From Arenimonas sp. (GTDB taxonomy: Bacteria; Pseudomonadota; Gammaproteobacteria; Xanthomonadales; Xanthomonadaceae): 64,000 bases of DNA. Each line of letters begins with the position of its first letter. Position 1 is the stretch's first letter. The notes under the pieces were generated by a model that saw only the letters and a list, made by a program, of their open reading frames with translations, made no database searches and was not told the origin of the DNA. The stretch lies in contig JBOHYG010000108.1 of NCBI GenBank assembly GCA_050737875.1, positions 31,241 to 95,240 of the forward strand, read 5' to 3'. The translations under genes and the position numbers were made by a program. Positions 1 to 9,498 of this stretch are shown here, in pieces.

Positions 1-172
1 CATGCATTCGCTTGAAGGCGGCAGCCCGCAATTGTTCATCGATAACCTGGAGCTGTTGTCGCGCGCCAGTTACAACAACGTCGGCCCGACTGGCGGTGCG
101 GTTGAAGTGGTATTCGATTTGTTTGGCTATATCCAGTTTCCTCCCGAAACACAGGGGAAATCCAATGGCTAG
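1..172 (+). CDS. Type II secretion system protein M-like, C-terminal fragment cut by the window edge
   Basis: Frame 2 is open from the window edge and ends at TAG 170-172 (...FIDNLELLSRASYNNVGPTGGAVEVVFDLFGYIQF...). Its stop overlaps the ATG at 165 of the next T2SS gene. The call rests mainly on its position upstream of the gspN/gspD-like genes. Confidence 0.4.
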   Translation, partial: MHSLEGGSPQLFIDNLELLSRASYNNVGPTGGAVEVVFDLFGYIQFPPETQGKSNG

Positions 173-911
173 GTTGAACAATACATACACCATGTTATTG
201 GCCGGTTTCTTGCTTTGGGCGGGACTGGTGTTGCTGGTATCGTTTTTCGGATTGGGCGCACGTTTCAATCCATTGCCGGTCGATATGAGTTTGGCGAAAG
301 CCATTCCAACGGTAAAAATCGATCAGGGCAAAGCCATTCTCGAGCCGATCGAAAATTATGCCGAAGTCGGTACGCGGCCATTATTGATGTTCGATCGTCG
401 CCCGGGCATCGTGCAGGCGGCACCCGGTGATAATTCCGGTGCAGAGCTTGACGTCGTGCTCGGAAGCGTACTGCTTACCCCGAATTTGAAGATGGCGATT
501 TTTCGCGAAAACCAGGGCGGTGCAGTTCGCCGCGTTCGTTTGGGCGACACCATCGAAGGAACCGGTTGGCGTTTGGTACAACTGGACCCGCGCCGAGCCG
601 TGCTTGAAGGCCCAACCGGACAACGTTCCCTGGATCTGCTCGTATACAACGGCAAGGGTGGCGAGCCACCGACGGCACTGACGGCTGCCAATGCTGCAAC
701 TCCCGAAAATGCCGATACTCAACCGATGACGGCGACGGCTCCACCGGCTCAGCCAGCACCCAATACAACGAATGTGGCGGCGAATGCGGCACCTGCAAAT
801 CAGAACCTGACGCAAGAGCAGCAAATCGAAGCGATCCGGAAACGTATCGCCGCGCGTCGTGCACAAATGCAAGCCGATGCCGCGAAAGCGGCTTCGGATG
901 CGAAAAAATAA
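165..911 (+). CDS. Type II secretion inner-membrane component, XpsN/GspC-like (N-terminal TM anchor, C-terminal coiled coil)
   Basis: The internal ATG at 165 (MARLNNTYTMLLAGFLLWAGLVLLVSFF) gives a short cytoplasmic tail plus one TM helix. The protein has a Pro/Ala-rich linker and a charged helical C-terminus (QEQQIEAIRKRIAARRAQMQADAAKA). It sits immediately upstream of the secretin, as xpsN does in Xanthomonas xps operons. Confidence 0.6.
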   Translation: MARLNNTYTMLLAGFLLWAGLVLLVSFFGLGARFNPLPVDMSLAKAIPTVKIDQGKAILEPIENYAEVGTRPLLMFDRRPGIVQAAPGDNSGAELDVVLGSVLLTPNLKMAIFRENQGGAVRRVRLGDTIEGTGWRLVQLDPRRAVLEGPTGQRSLDLLVYNGKGGEPPTALTAANAATPENADTQPMTATAPPAQPAPNTTNVAANAAPANQNLTQEQQIEAIRKRIAARRAQMQADAAKAASDAKK

Positions 912-925
912 CGAGAGTAGAAAAC

Positions 926-3091
926 ATGCTGAAATTACGACTGCCACTGATTCTCCTGATGACCGCCTTGACGGTGTCGACAGCCTTCGCTGCCACGCCC
1001 GACAAGACGGAAATACAGATGAAGCGCGCGCCCGTTTTAGTGGGTAGCCAGCCGCCGGCCGATGAAAACGCGACCGATAAATCAGCACCTGCGGATGAGC
1101 CGGCCAGGAAAACTTCCCCGGCAACCATTCGTCCTGGCACCGGACAGTTGATCAACCAGCGTGCGGCTTCATCGCCGCCGCCAAATCTCGGATCGGCTGG
1201 CGATGCTACCTTCAATTTTGAAGGTGAATCCGTACAAACCGTCGTGAAAGTAATTCTTGGCGATTTGCTTCAGCAGAATTACGTGATCGCACCGAACGTT
1301 ACCGGTACCGTCACGCTGGCGACGCCGCGTCCGGTCAGTCCTGCGCAAGCGGTGTCCCTGTTGGAAATGGTGTTGGGCTGGAACAACGCACGTTTGATCT
1401 GGAGCGACGGCCGCTACAACGTGGTACCGAGTGATCAGGCCGTTGCGGGTAATCTGGCTCCGCGTACCGGTTCGCCAGCGAATGCACGCGGTTACGAAGT
1501 TCGTGCGATCCCGCTGAAATTCATTTCGGCAACCGAGATGGAAAAATTGCTAAAACCCTATGCAAGGGACAAGGCTATCGTTCAAGTCGATAACACTCGG
1601 AACATGATCGTCATCGGCGGTACCCGCGCAGAGCTGCAGAACTATATTCGCACCATAGAAATTTTCGACGTCGATTGGCTCGCCGGTATGTCAGTCGGTA
1701 TATTTCCCCTGCAATCGGCCGAAGCCAGCAAGATAGTCACAGAGCTTGAAAAAGTATTCGGTGAAAACGGAAAAACACCGCTCGCCGGCATGTTCCGTTT
1801 CATGCCGCTTGAAGGACAAAACTCGGTGATGGTGATTACATCGCAACCGAAATATTTGCGCGATGTGGAAACCTGGATCGAACGCATGGATGCCGGTGGC
1901 GAAGGTGTCCGTTTGTACGTCTATGAAGTAAAGAACATCAAGGCGGTCGATCTGGCAGACCAGCTCAGTAGTGTGTTTGGCAATGGTTCCAGCGGCAACA
2001 ACGCCAGCAGCGGCAATAAGTCCGATTACTTGCAGCCTGGCCTGGAACCTGTGGAAGTTCGCACCGTCAATAATCCACCACCTGCCAATGCAGCTAAGCC
2101 GGGTGCTGCAGCCGAAGCGAGAAATTCCGAGCTATCCATCGGCAGCGGCGAAGTCAGCATCAGTGCGGTCGAAGAAAGTAATTCGGTACTCGTTCGTGCC
2201 AGCCCGGGCCAATGGGAATCAATCCGCCGCGCGATCGAACGATTGGATTCAATGCCTTTGCAAGTTCACGTTGAAGCTCAAGTCATCGAAGTCAAACTCA
2301 GCGGTGATTTGAAATATGGCGTTAGCTGGTTCTTCGGAAACGCCATCAAACCGGCGGCTGGTGGAGACACCACCGAATATGATTTATCGCAAACCACAAA
2401 CCAGGTACGCACATTTGCATCCAGCATTACCCCAGTTGCCGGCATGAACTGGACTTTCATCGGTCCGAATGCAAAAGCGGTGGTGAACCTGCTGGATGGT
2501 GTATCCGACTTGAGAGTCTTGTCGGCCCCGTCGTTGCTGGTCAGAAACAATGTTGAAGCCAACTTCGATTCCGGCCAGCAAATTCCGGTCGCCAGCACAA
2601 TTTTGAATCCGGGCACCAATAGCAATACCGACAATACCTATAGCCAAGTCCAGTTTCGCCAAACCGGCGTAAGCCTGAAAGTGAAACCGCGCGTATCAAG
2701 TAATGGCATGGTGTTCATGGAGATCACCCAGGACATCAGCACGCCTTCGCTCGACGGTCCGGAAATCGGCGGCAACATCAGCGTCGACAACCAAAAGCTG
2801 AAGACCGAAGCCGCCGTGCAAAGCGGTGAAACGGTCGTATTGGCCGGTTTGATTAAAACCACGAAAACCAAAGGCTCTGCCGGGGTTCCATTCCTGAGCC
2901 GGATTCCAATCATCGGTTCCTTGTTCGGCCAGCAAACGCGTAGCGAAGGCAGGCAGGAAGTATTGATATTGATCACGCCGACCGTGATCCGCGATCCATA
3001 CGAAGCCCGCAAGCTTACCGACGAGTACGGCGAACGTTTCCGCGCATTGGACCCGCTGCGTAAAGAGCGCGAGAAAGCCGCCAAGAAATAA
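926..3091 (+). CDS. gspD: Type II secretion system secretin GspD
   Basis: 721 aa with a signal peptide (LTVSTAFAA). It has N-domain repeats and a C-terminal secretin core (VLSAPSLLVRNNVEANFDSGQQIPV...GVPFLSRIPIIGSLFG...EVLILITPTVI). Confidence 0.95.
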   Translation: MLKLRLPLILLMTALTVSTAFAATPDKTEIQMKRAPVLVGSQPPADENATDKSAPADEPARKTSPATIRPGTGQLINQRAASSPPPNLGSAGDATFNFEGESVQTVVKVILGDLLQQNYVIAPNVTGTVTLATPRPVSPAQAVSLLEMVLGWNNARLIWSDGRYNVVPSDQAVAGNLAPRTGSPANARGYEVRAIPLKFISATEMEKLLKPYARDKAIVQVDNTRNMIVIGGTRAELQNYIRTIEIFDVDWLAGMSVGIFPLQSAEASKIVTELEKVFGENGKTPLAGMFRFMPLEGQNSVMVITSQPKYLRDVETWIERMDAGGEGVRLYVYEVKNIKAVDLADQLSSVFGNGSSGNNASSGNKSDYLQPGLEPVEVRTVNNPPPANAAKPGAAAEARNSELSIGSGEVSISAVEESNSVLVRASPGQWESIRRAIERLDSMPLQVHVEAQVIEVKLSGDLKYGVSWFFGNAIKPAAGGDTTEYDLSQTTNQVRTFASSITPVAGMNWTFIGPNAKAVVNLLDGVSDLRVLSAPSLLVRNNVEANFDSGQQIPVASTILNPGTNSNTDNTYSQVQFRQTGVSLKVKPRVSSNGMVFMEITQDISTPSLDGPEIGGNISVDNQKLKTEAAVQSGETVVLAGLIKTTKTKGSAGVPFLSRIPIIGSLFGQQTRSEGRQEVLILITPTVIRDPYEARKLTDEYGERFRALDPLRKEREKAAKK

Positions 3092-3861
3092 TGAAACCCG
3101 CGTATCGTTCGGTTTTTCGTGAGCTGTTGCGCCGTGAATTAGGCGAACGCTATCGCGGCAGTTTTCTCGGACTGGTCTGGCATCTGTTGCTGCCGTTATC
3201 GCAGTTACTGGTGTTGACCTGGGTGTTCTCGCATTTATTGCAGGCACGGACACAATTCGAACATCTAAGTTACGCCGCTTTCCTGGCCCTGGGTCTGTGG
3301 CCATGGAGCCTGTTTTCGAATGCGGTCAGCAATAGCGTCATTGCACTTACAAGTAACGCGGCACTGATCGGCAAAGTGGCATTGCCACATCATCTGCTGG
3401 TCGATGCGAAAGTGACCGCAAGCGTGATGCTGGATCTCGCCGGTTTCGTGGTGGTCGTCGTGGTACTTGCACTGCTAGGCACACCGCTGAAGCTTTCGGG
3501 CCTGCCGGTTGTGCTGTTCAGTTTGTTGGTGCTTTATATTTTCGCGGTCGGTTTCGCCAATATCGTCGCGGTGTTGAATGTATTCATGCGCGACGTAGGC
3601 GCGGCCATTTCGCAGATACTCAGCCTGATGTTTTTCGTGACGCCGATTATTTACGATCTGGCGCAATTGCCGGAACCTCTGCAACAACTGATGAATTTGA
3701 ATCCGTTCGCCGCACCGATCAATGCCATTCGCCATGCATTCGTCGGCATGCCGATAGATTGGTTTCATCTGGGGACATCGGCGCTAATCGGCGTGATCGT
3801 CGCTTATTTGGGTTATGCACTGTTGCGCCGTGCACGACGCCATCTGGAAGATTACCTGTGA
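3091..3861 (+). CDS. wzm: ABC-2 type polysaccharide/O-antigen export permease (Wzm-like)
   Basis: 256 aa with multiple TM helices and the typical N-terminus RELLRRELGERYRGSFLGLVWHLLLP. Its ATG shares one base with the gspD TAA. The cognate ATPase follows. Confidence 0.85.
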   Translation: MKPAYRSVFRELLRRELGERYRGSFLGLVWHLLLPLSQLLVLTWVFSHLLQARTQFEHLSYAAFLALGLWPWSLFSNAVSNSVIALTSNAALIGKVALPHHLLVDAKVTASVMLDLAGFVVVVVVLALLGTPLKLSGLPVVLFSLLVLYIFAVGFANIVAVLNVFMRDVGAAISQILSLMFFVTPIIYDLAQLPEPLQQLMNLNPFAAPINAIRHAFVGMPIDWFHLGTSALIGVIVAYLGYALLRRARRHLEDYL

Positions 3862-3869
3862 GCCAGGCG

Positions 3870-5045
3870 ATGCTACCGCTGGTGCAAGTCACCGGGCTAT
3901 GCAAACGCTATCCGGTGTTGGCCAATAGCAGCGATCGCCTAAGCGCGTTGTGGGACATGTTGCGCGGACGCACGCCGACGCGGCATACCACGGTATTGAG
4001 CGATATCAATTTCAAGGTGATGCCGGGCTGCTCGATCGCGGTCATCGGTGAAAACGGCGCCGGAAAATCCACCTTGTTGAAACTGATTACCCGCGTGCTG
4101 ACACCCAGCGAAGGTGATGTGGTGACGCGCGGTGCGATCGGTGCCTTGCTGGAATTGGGTGCGGGTTTCCATCCGGAATATTCCGGTCGCGAAAACGTGC
4201 GTTTGTCAGCTGCGTTGTACGGCATCAGCGATGCCGAGCTGAAAACCAAAATGACCGAAATCGAGGAATTTGCCGACATTGGCCATTACATGGATGAGCC
4301 AACCAAGCATTATTCTTCCGGCATGATCGTCCGTCTCGGTTTCGCGATCATTGCCGCAGTTCGTCCACCGTTGTTGATCACCGATGAAGTGCTCGGCGTC
4401 GGTGATGAAAGTTTCCAGAAAAAATGTTCGCGCTGGATCGATGAGTACGTCGCTTCGGGCGGCACCTTGCTGCTGGTTTCCCACAGCATGTATCACGTGC
4501 AGAAACTATGCCGCGAAGCGATTTGGCTGCATAACGGAAAAATAGAAATGCAGGGCGAAGTTTTTTCGGTTACCCAGCATTATCTCGCCTGGCATGAAAG
4601 CAAGCAGAAAAAAGCCGACAGCCACGAACCAGTGATCCATTCGGACTACGAGTACGGATTCGAGTCGGTTACCAGCAATGGTTCGAACTCGACTGAAGAA
4701 CTGGTTTGCCAAAGCGGCGAGGATTTCAAAATCGAAGTCGTGATGACATCGAAAGACGACAGCATTCCGGTACTGTTGTGCGGCTGGGCGCGAGCGGATG
4801 AAACGCCGGTGTACGGAATTAGTTCCGAAATGGACAAGGTGCTGCCGGAAAAAATCGGTCCGGGTCGTTATCGCTACACGCTTACATTTCCGCAGCTGAG
4901 TTTGTTGCCCGGCAAGTACTACATGAAAGTCCATTCGATGGACACCGCCGGCTTGCGACTTTTCCAATCCGTCTACCGCACCATCATCGTCGCCGGCCAG
5001 TCGCGTGCCTACGGCCTCATGCTGATGCCGCACCATTGGGAATAG
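3870..5045 (+). CDS. wzt: Polysaccharide/O-antigen ABC exporter ATP-binding protein with C-terminal extension (Wzt-like)
   Basis: Walker A is GENGAGKST, the signature is YSSGMIVRLGFA and Walker B is LLITDE. About 150 aa follow the NBD. The start is ATG 3870, or GTG 3858 overlapping the wzm stop (GTGA). The ORF-track start at 3759 lies inside wzm and is rejected. Confidence 0.85.
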   Translation: MLPLVQVTGLCKRYPVLANSSDRLSALWDMLRGRTPTRHTTVLSDINFKVMPGCSIAVIGENGAGKSTLLKLITRVLTPSEGDVVTRGAIGALLELGAGFHPEYSGRENVRLSAALYGISDAELKTKMTEIEEFADIGHYMDEPTKHYSSGMIVRLGFAIIAAVRPPLLITDEVLGVGDESFQKKCSRWIDEYVASGGTLLLVSHSMYHVQKLCREAIWLHNGKIEMQGEVFSVTQHYLAWHESKQKKADSHEPVIHSDYEYGFESVTSNGSNSTEELVCQSGEDFKIEVVMTSKDDSIPVLLCGWARADETPVYGISSEMDKVLPEKIGPGRYRYTLTFPQLSLLPGKYYMKVHSMDTAGLRLFQSVYRTIIVAGQSRAYGLMLMPHHWE

Positions 5046-5051
5046 ATTCGG

Positions 5052-5927
5052 ATGTCGCCTTCGCCATTGCCCGTCGTGATCGTGCCGGTATTCAATGCAT
5101 TTGAAGCCCTGGATGTTTGTCTTGGCTCCTTGCTCAAGACATTGCCTGCACACGCGAAAGTCTTGCTGGCCGACGATGCATCGACCGATCCGCGCATTCC
5201 GGAACTGCTCGCCCAGTTTAAACAGCGTGCGAAGTTTCAAGTAGACGTCGTCCGGCGCGAAAATAATCTGGGATTCCCGGCCAACTGCAATGCGGCATTT
5301 CGCGAGACAGGCAACAGCGATGTCCTTTTGTTGAACTCCGATACCATTTTCACGCAGGGTTGCCTGGAGAAAATTGCGTTATGTGCAAGTCGCGATAAAA
5401 ACATCGCAACAATCACGCCGTGGTCGAACAATGCCGAAATTTGTTCGTACCCGAAATTCTGCGAGAACAACCCGCTGCCGGACAATCTTGAATTGATGGC
5501 GGAGGCTGCCGCCCTGATTCCGGATGATTTACTGCCCGAGTTGCCGACCGCGATGGGCTTTTGCATGTGGATCAGCCGCGCCGCCTTGAAGCAATGCGGT
5601 AATTTTGACGCCGATACCTTTGGTCGTGGTTATGGTGAAGAAAACGATTTTTGCCGCCGGGTTGCCGCGATGGGCTGGCGCAATGTGATGTGCGTCAATG
5701 CCTATGTCGCACACAGCGGTTCGGCATCATTCGGTCCGCTGGGGCAGGGACCCGGTGGCGACAATCTCCAGCGATTGCTGGTCCGCTGGCCTGATTACCA
5801 CGAACAAGTGGCCCGTTTCATCATGCACGATCCCCTGCGCGCGCTGCGCGAGCGGTTTTCTGCGAATATACTCGACATTCAAAATCAGGGCCCGCAGGGC
5901 GACTTGTTTGGTGCAATTAATTCATGA
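5052..5927 (+). CDS. Glycosyltransferase family 2
   Basis: N-terminal GT-A signature (VVIVPVFNAFEALDVCLGSLL...VLLADDASTD) and an internal acidic motif (GYGEENDFCRR). Confidence 0.8.
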   Translation: MSPSPLPVVIVPVFNAFEALDVCLGSLLKTLPAHAKVLLADDASTDPRIPELLAQFKQRAKFQVDVVRRENNLGFPANCNAAFRETGNSDVLLLNSDTIFTQGCLEKIALCASRDKNIATITPWSNNAEICSYPKFCENNPLPDNLELMAEAAALIPDDLLPELPTAMGFCMWISRAALKQCGNFDADTFGRGYGEENDFCRRVAAMGWRNVMCVNAYVAHSGSASFGPLGQGPGGDNLQRLLVRWPDYHEQVARFIMHDPLRALRERFSANILDIQNQGPQGDLFGAINS

Positions 5928-6775
5928 GTCAGGCAAATCCGCTAGCCATCCTGCCGTTCACCGGCGAACGCTTCACGCCCGAATGCGTGCGCGAAATCGC
6001 CTACGAGCATTGGCATCGTTACGCGTTTGTCCTGTCGCATGTGGCTGGAAAAAAAGTGCTCGATGCCGCCTGTGGCGAAGGTTTCGGAGCTTCGTTATTG
6101 TCGGATAAAGCCGGTAGCGTGCTGGCGGTCGATATCGATGCAGCCAGTATCGAACATGCAAATGCACGTTATGGTAGAAAAGAAAACCTGGGTTTCAGGC
6201 AAGCTGACGTCACGCAACTGGATGAATTGCCGGACGGTAGTTTCGACGTGATCGTGAGTTTTGAAACACTCGAACACGTGATGGATCACGATCGCATGCT
6301 GGCTGGTTTCAAGCGATTGCTGAAACCCGACGGACTTTTGCTGATTTCAACGCCGGATAAAAAAAACTACAGCGACGCGACCGGCGTGGTGAATCCACAC
6401 CACGTACGCGAATTGTATTTCGACGAATTTGCCGCATTGCTTGATCGACATTTTCCGTTGAAGAAAATCTATACACAGAAACTGTTGTTCCAATCGAGTT
6501 TGTCGGCGCTTGACGGGGAGGGTTCGCCCGAAACGCTGGTGCATACCAGCGAAGGTATCGTGCAAGGCATGGCTTACCCGCCGATGTACTATGTCGCAGT
6601 GTGTGCAAATTCCGCCGGGTCACTGGCGGGATTTCCGGGGCTTTCCATCTACGGCGACGCAGAAGAAAGCGTGTATGCGCATTACAACCATGAGGTCCGC
6701 TACGGCATCTGGGCAACACGTCGCATCGCCGAACTCGAGCAGCAGTTAATCGATAAAGCCGCATCCGATGAGTAA
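5924..6775 (+). CDS. Class I SAM-dependent methyltransferase
   Basis: Motif I is VLDAACGEGFGASLL and the post-I acidic residue is in VLAVDID. FDVIVSFETLEHV is also present. The start overlaps the upstream stop (ATGA). Confidence 0.8.
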   Translation: MSQANPLAILPFTGERFTPECVREIAYEHWHRYAFVLSHVAGKKVLDAACGEGFGASLLSDKAGSVLAVDIDAASIEHANARYGRKENLGFRQADVTQLDELPDGSFDVIVSFETLEHVMDHDRMLAGFKRLLKPDGLLLISTPDKKNYSDATGVVNPHHVRELYFDEFAALLDRHFPLKKIYTQKLLFQSSLSALDGEGSPETLVHTSEGIVQGMAYPPMYYVAVCANSAGSLAGFPGLSIYGDAEESVYAHYNHEVRYGIWATRRIAELEQQLIDKAASDE

Positions 6776-7640
6776 TGCCGTCGTCAGCAATATCGCGGTA
6801 GTGGTGGTCACGCACGAAAGTGCGGCCACCATTGGACTTTGCCTGAAGAAATTGCGGCGCGCGATTGGCTTGCGACGTATCGTTGTGGTCGACAATGCTT
6901 CGACCGATGCAACCTGTGCACTTGTCGAAAAAATATTGCCGGACGATTCGCGATTGAGCCTGGTGCGCAACAAGGAAAACCTGGGTTTCGCCGCCGCCTG
7001 TAATCAAGGCGCGAGTGCCTTGTCGCAACCCTGGCTGGTATTTCTGAATCCGGATGCCTATATCGAACCGGACAGCCTTGCCAGATTGCGCGACAGTGCG
7101 ATCGAGCATGCCGGTGCGGGACTGATCGGTGTCGATCTGGTCGATGAAAAAGGTAATTCGGATCGCGCCGCAAGGCGTTTCGATCTGTCGCTGATTTCGC
7201 TGTTGAAAAACAATGGCGATCTCAACCTGATTTACATGGGACGGGTTCCGGACAAGAAAGTACAGGAAGTCGAAGCCTGTTCCGGCGCATTGATGATGTT
7301 GCCTGCGACCGTGTTTCACCATCTCGGCGGCTTCGATGACGGTTTCCGTCTGCATGTCGAAGATATGGATCTATGCCGTCGTGTTCGCCTCGCAGGTTAC
7401 GAAGTGCTCGTGGATAACACGGTGCAAGTCGTCCACGTTCGCGGCGCATCGGGCATCACCAAACCGGTATGGGTCGAGTGGCAGAAACATCGCAGCCTGT
7501 GGCGCTATTTTCATAAATACGAAGCCGCACAAACGCCAGACTGGATCGAACCGTTCATCTGGGTCGGTTTGTGGCTGCATTTCGTCTGGACGATATTGCG
7601 GCTTCGCTTGAAGCCCGTGCGGACCAATCCATCCGCGTAA
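6768..7640 (+). CDS. Glycosyltransferase family 2 (rhamnosyltransferase-like)
   Basis: IAVVVVTHESAATIGLCL...IVVVDNASTD, plus VEDMDLCRRV (a DxD-type motif). There is an 8-nt overlap with the methyltransferase gene. Confidence 0.8.
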   Translation: MSNAVVSNIAVVVVTHESAATIGLCLKKLRRAIGLRRIVVVDNASTDATCALVEKILPDDSRLSLVRNKENLGFAAACNQGASALSQPWLVFLNPDAYIEPDSLARLRDSAIEHAGAGLIGVDLVDEKGNSDRAARRFDLSLISLLKNNGDLNLIYMGRVPDKKVQEVEACSGALMMLPATVFHHLGGFDDGFRLHVEDMDLCRRVRLAGYEVLVDNTVQVVHVRGASGITKPVWVEWQKHRSLWRYFHKYEAAQTPDWIEPFIWVGLWLHFVWTILRLRLKPVRTNPSA

Positions 7641-7766
7641 CAATCCATTGGATTGTCTGAAACGTGAGCCAAATCACAATTGCGCCGCCATAAATTACGC
7701 TTTTAGCGAGACGCAGGCATTCGTTGAGCCTATGATTCTGTAACAACTTGTAACATCTGGTGGCTT

Positions 7767-9491
7767 ATGGCTCACGCCCCTAACTCTCGGTTCGGACTGC
7801 TGCTCCGTCAATGTGGTTTGTTGGTATTGCTGGCTTTATTGCAGGCCTGCGGTTCGCAGACAGATACCAGTGTCAGCAAGCAAGGCGCCGAGGAAGACGA
7901 CCTCGCCATCCTGGCGGAGATGCAGGAGAAAGCGGCGGGTTCGCCTACCCAATCCGAAGCGGCGCGTTTCCTGACCCAGGCCACGTTCGGTCCGAAAGAA
8001 TCGGAAATTACCGCGCTGACCAATAGCAACTACGACACCTGGTTGAACAATCAATTCGCGATGCCGCGCGAATCGCATTATTCGCATGTGCTCTGGCTGC
8101 AATCACAGGGCGTGGACATCGATAATTTCACGAATGTTTATGCGATTGAATCTTTCTGGAAACAGGCGATCACCGGCCAGGATCAATTGCGTCAAAGAAC
8201 GACCTGGGCGCTGAGCCAGATTTTCGTCGTCGGTGACCAGGACAATGTCCGCAATGCCGCTTATCACGATGTGCTAGCCGAAAATGCTTTCGGCAATTAT
8301 CGAACACTGCTTGAAAAAGTGACGCTCAGCCCGGCGATGGGACAATGGCTCTCGCACATCGGCAATCAAAAGGAAGATCTCGCCAGCGGCCGTTTGCCGG
8401 ATGAAAACTACGCGCGCGAAGTGATGCAGCTTTTCAGTATCGGCTTGTGGCAGTTGAACGCGGACGGCAGCAGGAAACTGGACGTCAACAATCAGCCGAT
8501 TCCGACCTATAACCAGGAAGATATTCGCGGCATGGCGAAAGTCTTGACAGGCTGGAGTTACGCCAACTGCAATTACACGCAAGAGCCTTGGTACTGCATC
8601 GATAGTGCACGCAGCGGTTATTACCGCAATTACAACGATGTGACTTTGCCGATGACGGCGATTGCCGCGTATCACTCTACCAGCGAAAAGAAAATCGTCG
8701 GTGGCATTACCCTGCCGGCCGGAAGAACTGCGGCGCAGGATTTGAAAGACGGTTTGGATACCTTGTTCAACCATCCGAATGTCGGGCCTTTCATCGGTCG
8801 CCAATTAATTCAGCGTCTGGTGAAGAGCAATCCATCGCCAGCCTATGTCGGAAGAGTTTCTGCAGTGTTCGCCAACAACGGGCAGGGCGTGCGTGGTGAT
8901 CTGAAAGCGGTTATCAAAGCGATCCTGCTCGATCCGGAAGCGCGCGATATTGCCCAGGCAACCACACCCACGGCCGGAAAATTGCGCGAACCGGTTTTGC
9001 GGCTTTCGCATTTCCTGCGGGCATTCACGACGCCGCCAACGGTACCGCGCTGGGATCTGGAGCCTTGGTGGATGAACGACGTATTTCTGCAACGTCCGTT
9101 GAGTTCGGCGAGTGTGTTCAATTATTACCGCCCCGAATATTCACCGGCCGGCGAGATGTCCACCAACAATGCAGTCGGTCCGGAATTCCAGATTTACCAC
9201 GAAGCCAGTTTGGTCGACAGCCACAACTTCATCGAATACTGGGTCACCAACGAGCCCACCGGCAACGATACTTTCAAACACAATTACAGCGCCTACATCG
9301 CTCTTGCGAATGATCCCGCAGCCCTGGTCGACAGGTTGAACCTGATTCTGACTTCCAACACTTTATCGCCCGAAGCACGCACCAGCATCATCACCGCCGT
9401 GACCAATGTGTCGGCAAGCAAACCGAAAGACCGTTTCATTCTGGCCTTGATGCTGTTTGAAATTTCACCCGATTATCTGGTCCAGAAATGA
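7767..9491 (+). CDS. DUF1800 domain-containing protein, probable lipoprotein
   Basis: 574 aa with a signal peptide ending LLALLQAC (lipobox-like). Sequence character matches DUF1800 (YHDVLAENAFGNYRTLLEKVTLSPAMGQWL...NYAREVMQLFSIG). It is paired with DUF1501 downstream. Confidence 0.75.
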   Translation: MAHAPNSRFGLLLRQCGLLVLLALLQACGSQTDTSVSKQGAEEDDLAILAEMQEKAAGSPTQSEAARFLTQATFGPKESEITALTNSNYDTWLNNQFAMPRESHYSHVLWLQSQGVDIDNFTNVYAIESFWKQAITGQDQLRQRTTWALSQIFVVGDQDNVRNAAYHDVLAENAFGNYRTLLEKVTLSPAMGQWLSHIGNQKEDLASGRLPDENYAREVMQLFSIGLWQLNADGSRKLDVNNQPIPTYNQEDIRGMAKVLTGWSYANCNYTQEPWYCIDSARSGYYRNYNDVTLPMTAIAAYHSTSEKKIVGGITLPAGRTAAQDLKDGLDTLFNHPNVGPFIGRQLIQRLVKSNPSPAYVGRVSAVFANNGQGVRGDLKAVIKAILLDPEARDIAQATTPTAGKLREPVLRLSHFLRAFTTPPTVPRWDLEPWWMNDVFLQRPLSSASVFNYYRPEYSPAGEMSTNNAVGPEFQIYHEASLVDSHNFIEYWVTNEPTGNDTFKHNYSAYIALANDPAALVDRLNLILTSNTLSPEARTSIITAVTNVSASKPKDRFILALMLFEISPDYLVQK

Positions 9492-9498
9492 GGTCGCC

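Noticed and set aside
12-164. N-terminal extensions of ORF-track models: 12-164, 3759-3857, 9457-9498, 22908-22931, 24101-24133, 35349-35474, 35798-35953, 48338-48409, 50170-50271, 50925-50960, 52214-52225 and 58384-58455.
   Set aside because: The extensions overlap the upstream gene or a repeat element, or are Arg-rich nonsense. Internal ATG/GTG starts give canonical N-termini, signal peptides or stop-start overlaps (ATGA/TAATG).
7641-7660. Palindrome CAATCCA-T-TGGATTG immediately after the last glycosyltransferase stop.
   Set aside because: The 1-nt loop rules out a hairpin terminator. A 7-bp palindrome could be an operator but can easily arise by chance, and there is no second copy in the window.
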